A stretch of 32,000 bases of DNA from the NCBI GenBank assembly GCA_021735045.1, contig JAIPHU010000006.1:1-32000 (forward strand), in the 5' to 3' direction. Made by a program: the position numbers and the translations under genes. Below the pieces are notes generated by a model, which saw only the letters and a list, made by a program, of their open reading frames with translations, made no database searches and was not told the DNA's origin. Origin of the DNA: Candidatus Omnitrophota bacterium (lineage in GTDB: Bacteria > Omnitrophota > Gorgyraeia > Duberdicusellales > 4484-171). This document shows, piece after piece, positions 25,395-32,000 of this stretch (the stretch's first letter is position 1; each line of letters begins with the position of its first letter).

Positions 25395-26024
25395 ATGAAA
25401 AAACTTTGGCTAAACTCTTTACTGCTTTCAATTTTAATTCATTTTTTTCTTTTTTCTGGCTTTTTATTTTTCCCTTTTTTCAGCAAACCGAAACAAGCTA
25501 AAAAAGAAGTTAAGAAAATTGAAATTATCCCCGAGGACCCTCCCCAAGAAATAAAAGCTCCACAAAAATTTAAATTAGTAAAAAAAGAACCTCTTCCTTA
25601 CAAAGAAAATATAATAAACAAGCTCCTAGACACAGGTAAAACTAAACCTTCCTTGGATAAAATAAAACAAATTAAAGATTCCACCGGAGATATTCTCCTC
25701 TCTAACCTAATAAAACAAGAAAATTTACAAAAAAGTTCTGCTTACATGAACTATTATCGAATAATTCGCGAAAAAATAAGAAAAAAAGCACATCAAAGTT
25801 ATAAAGGGCAAGGACAAGGTAAGATTTATCTAAATTTCAACATTACCAATAATGGCTTTCTCCAGACCATTCAAGTAGGGCAACGCTCAGCAAAAAACTT
25901 AAACCTAAAAAAAATTGCTCTTACCAGCATAGAAAGCTCAGCCCCTTTTCCCTCATTTCCCAAAGGATTAAGAGGATACTCGCAGCTCCAATTTAATATA
26001 TCTATCTATTTTAAAAACAATTAA
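25395..26024 (+). CDS. TonB C-terminal-domain-like membrane-anchored protein
   Basis: An N-terminal TM segment, a Pro/Lys-rich linker and a C-terminal region (GKIYLNFNITNNGFLQTIQV...APFPSFP) resembling the TonB_C fold pattern. Confidence 0.5.
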   Translation: MKKLWLNSLLLSILIHFFLFSGFLFFPFFSKPKQAKKEVKKIEIIPEDPPQEIKAPQKFKLVKKEPLPYKENIINKLLDTGKTKPSLDKIKQIKDSTGDILLSNLIKQENLQKSSAYMNYYRIIREKIRKKAHQSYKGQGQGKIYLNFNITNNGFLQTIQVGQRSAKNLNLKKIALTSIESSAPFPSFPKGLRGYSQLQFNISIYFKNN

Positions 26025-26053
26025 TTTTAAAACAGCTAAACCTATCAACAGAC

Positions 26054-26082
26054 TTGACATTTTCATTTTCGACTGATATTGT
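26054..26082 (+). promoter_or_regulatory. Putative promoter TTGACA-17 nt-TATTGT
   Basis: TTGACA at 26054-26059 and TATTGT at 26077-26082. The ATG at 26091 is 8 nt downstream and has no SD. Confidence 0.4.
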
Positions 26083-26090
26083 ATTCTCTT

Positions 26091-26894
26091 ATGATCAGAA
26101 AAGCTATAGCTAATGGCCAGTTTTATCCTGACAAATTAGAGCAGCTTACTGCTCTAATAAAAGAACTGAGCCCAAAAAAAGTTCAATCTCGGTGCCGGGC
26201 CAAAGGGGTTATATTACCTCATGCCGGCTATCCCTTTTCTGGTAAGGTTGCAGCTACTACAATTTCTAAAATATCTGCACCGAAAAACATAGTGATGTTG
26301 GGGCCAAACCATACTGGTCTAGGTAAAAAATTTTCTCTGTCAGCAGCAAAAAGTTGGCAGACACCTCTCGGAGATGTTGAAGTTAACCAACAGCTGAAAA
26401 AAAGAATATTAAATTCAGGTAGTTATATCCATGAAGATTCTTTAGCCCATAAAGCTGAACATTCACTGGAGGTAGAGCTACCTATAGTTCAATATTTTTT
26501 TAAAGATTTTCAAATTGTTCCTATCTCCTGTAGTTTATCAAGCAAAGAAACTTATAAGAATGTTGCAAGCCAAATATACCAAGGTGTAAAAAATGATCTA
26601 GCTAATACGTTAATTTTAGCATCAACAGACCTTAGCCACTACGAACCTGATCAAGCCGCAAGAAAAAAAGACAGAAAGGTTATTGAAGCTATCGTAAAAC
26701 TAGATCCAGAAAAATTAATAGAACAAGTAAATAAAGAGAATATTTCAATGTGTGGAGTCGCTCCAGTAGCTATTATGTTATTTTGCCTTAGCAGTGAAAT
26801 AAAAAAAACAGAAGTTGTACTTTACCAAACCAGTGGTGATGCAACCGGTGACTACAGTAGCGTTGTAGGTTATGCTGGAATAATTGTTCGCTAA
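26091..26894 (+). CDS. Memo-family protein (AmmeMemoRadiSam system protein B type)
   Basis: AIANGQFYP, GVILPHAGYPFSG, GPNH and STDLSHY are Memo/AmrB signatures. ATG 26091 is preferred over TTG 26079. Confidence 0.8.
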   Translation: MIRKAIANGQFYPDKLEQLTALIKELSPKKVQSRCRAKGVILPHAGYPFSGKVAATTISKISAPKNIVMLGPNHTGLGKKFSLSAAKSWQTPLGDVEVNQQLKKRILNSGSYIHEDSLAHKAEHSLEVELPIVQYFFKDFQIVPISCSLSSKETYKNVASQIYQGVKNDLANTLILASTDLSHYEPDQAARKKDRKVIEAIVKLDPEKLIEQVNKENISMCGVAPVAIMLFCLSSEIKKTEVVLYQTSGDATGDYSSVVGYAGIIVR

Positions 26895-26931
26895 AACCAA
26901 ATTAATTTAAAAAATAAATGGGGGTCAAATT

Positions 26932-27273
26932 ATGGATGAAAAACAAAAAAAAACTGTGGATCAGGATTGGAAAGAACAAGTAGACAAAGAGAAAAAAACC
27001 TATCAGCAACAAAACCAAACTTACCATAAACCAGATTTTAAAATTTTCATTTCTTCATTAAGCATGCAATCGATGATAGCGCTAGGGCGCCTGGAAAATC
27101 CAGTAACCAAAAAAACTGAGAAAAATTTTGATCAAGCCCGTTATCTTATTGATACTTTAGAAATTATTGAAGCTAAAACAAAAAATAATCTGGATCAAGA
27201 AGAAAAAAAGTTACTTGAGGAATCACTGTTTAGCTTAAGAATGGCTTATCTGGAGGAAAAGAACAAAAAGTAA
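26932..27273 (+). CDS. DUF1844 domain protein
   Basis: FISSLSMQSMIALG...ARYLIDTLEIIEAKTKNNL..EEKKLLEESLFSLRMAYLE matches the DUF1844 pattern. Confidence 0.75.
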   Translation: MDEKQKKTVDQDWKEQVDKEKKTYQQQNQTYHKPDFKIFISSLSMQSMIALGRLENPVTKKTEKNFDQARYLIDTLEIIEAKTKNNLDQEEKKLLEESLFSLRMAYLEEKNKK

Positions 27274-27369
27274 CGCAGATAAACGCAAAAAAACGCAAAT
27301 AAAGAGATACGAATGAACGCAAATAATATTAGTGGTTATTCATTAAAAATTAGCGTTCTTTCGCGTTTA
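27272..27369 (+). repeat. Phased AACGCA(A) box array with inverted partners
   Basis: AACGCA occurs at 27272, 27282 and 27292 (exact 10-nt phasing) and at 27316. Inverted GCGTT boxes lie at 27353 and 27363. TAAACGCAAAAAAACGCAAAT matches the reverse complement of 27350-27369 at 17 of 20 positions. Confidence 0.65.
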
Positions 27370-27384
27370 ATGGAGGAGAAAAAA

Positions 27385-27543
27385 ATGGATAAAAAACTAT
27401 TGGAAATTTTGGTTTGTCCAGTCTGTAAGGCAGAGGTAAAACTGGTTAAAGAAGAAATAATTTGTCAAAAATGCGGTAGAATTTATCCAATAAAAAACGG
27501 TATCCCAATTATGTTAGAAAAGGAGGCAAAAATAGATGAGTAA
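27385..27543 (+). CDS. Trm112-family (UPF0434) small zinc-ribbon protein
   Basis: LLEILVCPVCK...CQKCGRIYPIKNGIPIML. The start was set at ATG 27385 after the SD GGAGGAG. Confidence 0.8.
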   Translation: MDKKLLEILVCPVCKAEVKLVKEEIICQKCGRIYPIKNGIPIMLEKEAKIDE

Positions 27544-27991
27544 AAAAATATTAGTGGTGCACGGCCCCAACCTTCATCTGTTAGGGCAAAGAGAACCAAA
27601 TATCTACGGCAAAACAACTTTAGAAGATATTAATAAAAAAATATCTGCTAAAGCAAAAAAAGCCGGGCTTGATGCAGATACCTATCAATCAAACCAAGAA
27701 GGACAAATTATTGATAAAATCACTCAAACTAACTCCGAGCTTATTATTATAAATCCAGCCGCCTATACTCATACATCAATAGCTATAAGAGATGCTTTAG
27801 CAGCCATAGAACAACCAGTAATTGAGGTTCATCTTTCTAATATCTACAAAAGAGAAGAGTTTCGAAAAAAATCTTTAATTAGTGGTGTTGCTACTGGAAC
27901 CATAAGTGGTTTCGGCGAAAATAGCTACTATCTAGCAGTTCAAGCAGCAGCTGTACTTTTAAATAAAATCAATGAAAAAAAGAATAAATAA
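27536..27991 (+). CDS. aroQ: Type II 3-dehydroquinate dehydratase
   Basis: ILVVHGPNLHLLGQREPNIYG and INPAAYTHTSIAIRDA are AroQ signatures. Confidence 0.9.
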   Translation: MSKKILVVHGPNLHLLGQREPNIYGKTTLEDINKKISAKAKKAGLDADTYQSNQEGQIIDKITQTNSELIIINPAAYTHTSIAIRDALAAIEQPVIEVHLSNIYKREEFRKKSLISGVATGTISGFGENSYYLAVQAAAVLLNKINEKKNK

Positions 27992-29012
27992 TCTCTCAAA
28001 AAAGATTAAGAAAAATAATCTTGATGGTTTCATTACTAAAAATCCAGCTAATATCAACTACCTTACCGGAATAAATGAAGCTGAAGGATGGCTGCTTGTT
28101 ACCGCCGGCAAAGAACTCTTTTTCTTTACTGCTCCAATCTATACTAAACTTATCAAGAATCTGCCATATCTAAAGGTAATATCCACCAAACAAAATTTTG
28201 AAGAAAAAATAGTCCGAAAAGCCAAAAAACTAAAATTAAAAAAAATAGGTTTTTCTAAACAAGCTATAAGCCTAACTAACTACCAAAAATTAAATGAAAA
28301 CTTTAAGGTAAAAGATATAGGCTTTGTCTTCAGTAAGCCTTTAATTAATAGTTTACGGATGCAAAAAGATAAAAATGAGATAAGGTTAATAAAAAAGGCT
28401 GCTTCCGTCAGCTTAGAAGCTTTTGACTATGCTGGTGAAATTTTTCAACAAACTATGAGTGAAAAAGATTTAGCCATTGAAATAGAACGTTTTTTAAAAA
28501 TAAAGTCAGACAATAAAGTAGCCTTTCCGCCAATTGTAGCTTCCGGGAAAAATACCGTTTTTGCTCACCATCAGCCAAAAGAAAACTTAATTAACAATTT
28601 TTTTCTAATTGACTTAGGCGCAATGCATTGTGGATATTGTGCTGACTTGACAAGGATATTTTTTTGGGGTAAAATGCCCTCTCTTTTTCAAAAGGCTTAC
28701 GATACAATAAAAAAAGCCCATGATACAGCAATCAGCAAGATAAAAGAAGGTAAAAAGGTTTCAGAAATTGATAAAGTTGCGCGAGATATAGTTGAAAAAG
28801 AAGGTTTTGGCAGTTACTTTCTTCATGGTTTAGGCCATGGGGTTGGACTAGAAGTTCACGAACCACCTTATCTTAAGCCGAATCAAGACGAAACCTTAAA
28901 AGAGGGGATGGTAGTAACCATCGAACCCGGCATATACTATAAAAATCAATTTGGACTACGATTAGAAAATATGGTCGTAGTTCATTCAAAAAATGGTGAG
29001 GTAATAAGTTGA
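27972..29012 (+). CDS. M24-family Xaa-Pro aminopeptidase/dipeptidase
   Basis: DLGAMHCGYCADLTR, HGLGHGVGLEVHE and VVTIEPG are metal-ligand motifs of M24B peptidases. The gene lies in the conserved position upstream of efp. Confidence 0.85.
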   Translation: MKKRINNLSKKIKKNNLDGFITKNPANINYLTGINEAEGWLLVTAGKELFFFTAPIYTKLIKNLPYLKVISTKQNFEEKIVRKAKKLKLKKIGFSKQAISLTNYQKLNENFKVKDIGFVFSKPLINSLRMQKDKNEIRLIKKAASVSLEAFDYAGEIFQQTMSEKDLAIEIERFLKIKSDNKVAFPPIVASGKNTVFAHHQPKENLINNFFLIDLGAMHCGYCADLTRIFFWGKMPSLFQKAYDTIKKAHDTAISKIKEGKKVSEIDKVARDIVEKEGFGSYFLHGLGHGVGLEVHEPPYLKPNQDETLKEGMVVTIEPGIYYKNQFGLRLENMVVVHSKNGEVIS

Positions 29013-29569
29013 GTATATCTGTATCCCAACTTAAGCCATCTCTTACGATTGAATACAACGGACAGCCCCATATAATTTTAGAGTCAGAACATGCCAAACT
29101 AGCCCGTGGCTCATCTTTTGTCCGGGCAAAAATAAAAAATTTAATCACCTCACAAGTATTAAGTTGTACTTTACGTGATTCTGATAAAATCAATACAGCT
29201 TTTGTTGAAAGAAAAAAATTAATGTTTAGCTACAAAGAAGGGGAACGTTATCATTTCCTTGATGTAGATAACTATCAGGATTTTATCCTAAATCAAACCG
29301 CAGTAGAAGATAAGGTTGGTTATCTTAAAGAAAATTTGGAACTAGCAGGACTATTTTATAAAGACAAACTAATTAATTTAGAACTTCCAACAGCCATTAC
29401 TTTAGAAGTTGTTAAAACAAATCCTGGTTTTAAAGGAAATACGGTAAAATCCGGAACCAAACCGGCTAAACTTGAAACTGGTTTAGCGGTAGAAGTCCCC
29501 TTATTTATAAAAAACGGGGACAAAATAAAGGTCGACACCCGAAAGGGAGAATATTTAGAACGAGCGTAA
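29009..29569 (+). CDS. efp: Elongation factor P (Arg at the modification-loop tip)
   Basis: Full-length alignment by eye to bacterial EF-P (GFKGNTVKSGTKPAKLETGL, VDTRKGEYLERA). The TTG start overlaps the pepP-like stop (TTGA), with the SD GGTGAGG. The loop reads KLARGSSFVR. Confidence 0.88.
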   Translation: MSISVSQLKPSLTIEYNGQPHIILESEHAKLARGSSFVRAKIKNLITSQVLSCTLRDSDKINTAFVERKKLMFSYKEGERYHFLDVDNYQDFILNQTAVEDKVGYLKENLELAGLFYKDKLINLELPTAITLEVVKTNPGFKGNTVKSGTKPAKLETGLAVEVPLFIKNGDKIKVDTRKGEYLERA

Positions 29570-29596
29570 AATACAACAATTATTTGCAAATTTAAG

Positions 29597-29668
29597 TAAT
29601 CAACGAATATACAAATCAGTTACGAATATACGCATTAATAAATTCTTATTCGTAAATTCGTCGATAAT
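29597..29668 (+). repeat. Intergenic repeat element, copy B (three 13-mers, the third inverted)
   Basis: The 13-mers lie at 29603-29615, 29622-29634 and, inverted, at 29649-29661. The inverted copy's reverse complement (ACGAATTTACGAA) is identical to 20439-20451. Confidence 0.7.
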
Positions 29669-29696
29669 ACCCAATTAACCAAACAGGGGGGACAGA

Positions 29697-30119
29697 ATGG
29701 ATTTAAAAAAGCTAAAGAAATTTATAAAATTCATGAATGATAATAACTTAAGTGAATTAGAGATAGAAGAAGGCAAACAACGAATCCGGCTCAAAAAATA
29801 TGAGAGCCAGAAACCACAAGTATCTTACCAGCAAGCTCCAGAAAAAACAGAAGCAGAAACTAAAAAAGAAAAAGATGAAAATTTAATTGAAATAAAATCA
29901 CCGATGGTAGGAACTTTTTATCGATCTCCTTCCCCCGGAGCCAAGCCTTATGCAGAAGTAGGTAAGGCTGTCGGAGAAGAAGATGTTATCTGTATTGTCG
30001 AAGCAATGAAAGTTATGAATGAAGTAAAAGCCGAAACAAATGGAAAAATAGCTCAGATTTTAGTTGAAGACGGCCAACCAGTTGAATTTGGACAAACACT
30101 TTTTACTGTTCACCCTTAA
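29697..30119 (+). CDS. accB: Biotin carboxyl carrier protein of acetyl-CoA carboxylase
   Basis: The C-terminal biotinyl domain carries EAMKVMNEV. The SD is GGGGGGA. Confidence 0.9.
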   Translation: MDLKKLKKFIKFMNDNNLSELEIEEGKQRIRLKKYESQKPQVSYQQAPEKTEAETKKEKDENLIEIKSPMVGTFYRSPSPGAKPYAEVGKAVGEEDVICIVEAMKVMNEVKAETNGKIAQILVEDGQPVEFGQTLFTVHP

Positions 30120-30137
30120 ATAAAAAAAAGAGGAAAA

Positions 30138-31484
30138 ATGTTTTCAAAGATTTTAGTAGCCAATCGCGGTGAAATTGCAATCAGGATATTACGAGCAGCT
30201 CGAGAATTAGGTATAAAAACAGTAGCTGTCTATTCTGAAGCTGATAAAAACTCGCTTCACCTAGCCTTTGCCGATGAAGCAATATGTATTGGTAAAGGCC
30301 CTGCTTCAGAAAGCTATCTAAATATCTCATCTATTATCAGCGCAGCTGAAATAACTGATTCAGATGCCATCCATCCTGGCTACGGCTTTCTAGCTGAGAA
30401 TCCCCATTTTGCCGAAATCTGTGAATCCTGTGGAATTAAGTTTATTGGGCCTTCAGCTGAAAATATCCGATTGATGGGTGATAAAATCCAAGCAAAAAAA
30501 ACAATGCGCAAAGCTGGTGTACCTCTTATTCCAGGAAGTGATGATCGAGTTAACACAAAGGAAGAAGTAATAAAAGTTACAAAAGATATTGGATTCCCGG
30601 TAATTCTAAAAGCAAAATCTGGTGGTGGAGGTAAAGGGATGCGAATTTGCCATAGTGAAATAAGTTTAGCTGCATCTTTACATACTGCACAGACTGAAGC
30701 TGGCGCTGCTTTTGGAGACTCTGGGCTTTATGTAGAAAGATATCTAGAGAACCCCCGTCATATCGAAATTCAAATAGCTGCTGATTCCCACGGTAATATG
30801 ATTCACTTAGGCGAAAGAGATTGTAGTATCCAAAGAAACCATCAAAAAATAATAGAAGAATCTCCTTCCCCGATCATTGATAGTCATACTAGAAAAAAAA
30901 TGGGCCAATATGCTTTACGGGGAGTAAAAGAAATTAACTATCAAAGTGTAGGAACTGTAGAATTTTTGCTTGATAAAAACGGTAATTTTTATTTTATGGA
31001 AATGAACACAAGGATTCAGGTAGAACATACCATAACTGAAGAAGTAACCGGAGTTGATCTCCTGAAACTTCAAATTTTAATTGCTGCTGGCCAAAAGCTT
31101 CCTTTTAAACAGAGTGATATCAAAGTTAAAGGCCATGCGATTGAATGCCGGCTAAATGCCGAAGATCCAGAAAAAGATTTTAGGCCTTCTCCAGGTAAAA
31201 TTGATTTTTGTTATTTTCCCGGAGGTAGAGACATAAGAGTTGACACTCATATTTATTCGGGTTATCATATTCCACCTCACTACGATTCACTTATTGGAAA
31301 GATAATTGCAAAAGGTAAAAACCGAAAAGATGCGATTAGTAAAATGAACCGAGCTTTAACTGAATTTTTGATTGAACCGATCAAAACAACAGCTGATTTT
31401 TGTCTTAAAGCAATGAATAATTCCGATTTTATAACTGGTAAATATAATACCGGTTTTTTAAAAAAATTTATGGACAAACAATAA
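30138..31484 (+). CDS. accC: Biotin carboxylase
   Basis: KILVANRGEIAIRI, GGGGKGMR and MEMNTRIQVEH are signatures. The 448-aa length is typical. Confidence 0.92.
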   Translation: MFSKILVANRGEIAIRILRAARELGIKTVAVYSEADKNSLHLAFADEAICIGKGPASESYLNISSIISAAEITDSDAIHPGYGFLAENPHFAEICESCGIKFIGPSAENIRLMGDKIQAKKTMRKAGVPLIPGSDDRVNTKEEVIKVTKDIGFPVILKAKSGGGGKGMRICHSEISLAASLHTAQTEAGAAFGDSGLYVERYLENPRHIEIQIAADSHGNMIHLGERDCSIQRNHQKIIEESPSPIIDSHTRKKMGQYALRGVKEINYQSVGTVEFLLDKNGNFYFMEMNTRIQVEHTITEEVTGVDLLKLQILIAAGQKLPFKQSDIKVKGHAIECRLNAEDPEKDFRPSPGKIDFCYFPGGRDIRVDTHIYSGYHIPPHYDSLIGKIIAKGKNRKDAISKMNRALTEFLIEPIKTTADFCLKAMNNSDFITGKYNTGFLKKFMDKQ

Positions 31485-31496
31485 AAGGAGGTAAGA

Positions 31497-32000
31497 ATGG
31501 GATTTCTAACTATTTTAATATATATTGTCTTATCTTTTAGTATCGGCACTCTTTTGGTTATAGTTCCCACCGGCATCCTTAATATTAAAGATGCTGCAAA
31601 CTACCTAGACCAAAACACATTAGCTAATTTCTCCTCAAGCGCCACCTTGATTTTAATTGGCCTGATTATCATTCTCTTAGCTTTACGTTATATTCAAAAG
31701 ATGGTCTTAAGCACCCGCCAAAATAAAAATATATCGCTTGAGTCAAAGGAAGGAAAAGTTAATATCACTGTAGTGGCCGTTGAAGATATGTTAAAAAAAA
31801 TGTTAGAAGAAAGAGATGAAGTTTCTCACATAAAAGTCAAGGTGAGCCTAAAGAAAAAAATAATATCGGTACAAATTAAAGGTTACCTAAACTATGAAGT
31901 TAATTTAGTTGATTTTACAAAAGAAATACAGGAAAAAGTTAAAGAAAAATTGGAAATTCTTCTTGGTGAAGATAAAAAGGTTGAGGTAAATTTACAAATC
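31497..32000 (+). CDS. AmaP-like (alkaline shock response membrane anchor) protein, 3'-truncated by the window edge
   Basis: An open frame runs from ATG 31497 (SD AAGGAGG) to the window end; I translated it by hand. It has two TM segments followed by KVNITVVAVEDMLKK...VKVSL. It occupies the position after accBC that Asp23-family operons take in Firmicutes. Confidence 0.5.
   Translation, partial: MGFLTILIYIVLSFSIGTLLVIVPTGILNIKDAANYLDQNTLANFSSSATLILIGLIIILLALRYIQKMVLSTRQNKNISLESKEGKVNITVVAVEDMLKKMLEERDEVSHIKVKVSLKKKIISVQIKGYLNYEVNLVDFTKEIQEKVKEKLEILLGEDKKVEVNLQI

Noticed and set aside
27313-27384. 24-codon N-terminal extension of the Trm112 ORF (MNANNISGYSLKISVLSRLMEEKK)
   Set aside because: Trm112-family proteins start at the zinc-ribbon (MDKKLLEILVCPVCK). 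A strong SD (GGAGGAG) precedes ATG 27385. The extension coincides with the repeat array.
366-31576. About 20 antisense or alternate-frame ORFs of 60-106 aa. Examples: 366..575(-), 1319..1522(-), 7424..7720(-), 8354..8569(+), 9070..9279(+), 12904..13116(-), 19210..19434(-), 28873..29193(-), 29356..29589(-), 31280..31576(-).
   Set aside because: All of them lie within or opposite well-supported genes with recognisable motifs. They lack SD sequences and have low-complexity or odd composition. They are typical shadow ORFs of AT-rich DNA.

Overview
This is a visibly AT-rich bacterial chromosome segment. It looks like an uncultivated anaerobe, but the lineage cannot be assigned from sequence alone. 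Genes are packed tightly, with many ATGA/TTGA overlaps.

The window has two parts.

(1) Positions 1-3984 form an integron-type gene-cassette array. Five GC-rich attC-like imperfect palindromes lie in one orientation, about 1 kb apart. They separate promoterless small membrane or secreted ORFs and two self-promoted toxin-antitoxin pairs (MNT/HEPN and BrnT/BrnA). The last attC is truncated. A 233-nt non-coding spacer and a tRNA-Thr(CGU) follow it. No integrase is present in the window.

(2) Positions 4218-32000 are core-like genome, in this order:
- an MFS transporter fused into an rnfCDGEAB-rseC-like-purN string
- a divergent pair made of an FtsH paralogue with an unknown lipoprotein-like gene, facing hflKC-purU
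- a glycan locus: CUT1-type ABC binding protein, two permeases, two clan GH-A-like hydrolase paralogues and a tandem CBM-like protein
- a TonB-C-like protein, a Memo-family protein, DUF1844 and Trm112
- the conserved aroQ-pepP-efp-accB-accC-amaP-like block

The most notable observations are:
- the attC array and its uncharacterised cassettes
- a recurring leaderless promoter architecture
- families of short phased intergenic repeats (ACGAATWTACGAA 13-mers and 10-nt phased AACGCAA boxes)
- the minimal-loop FtsH paralogue module
- an Arg-tipped EF-P

All functional calls rest on motif recognition by eye. No database search was possible.
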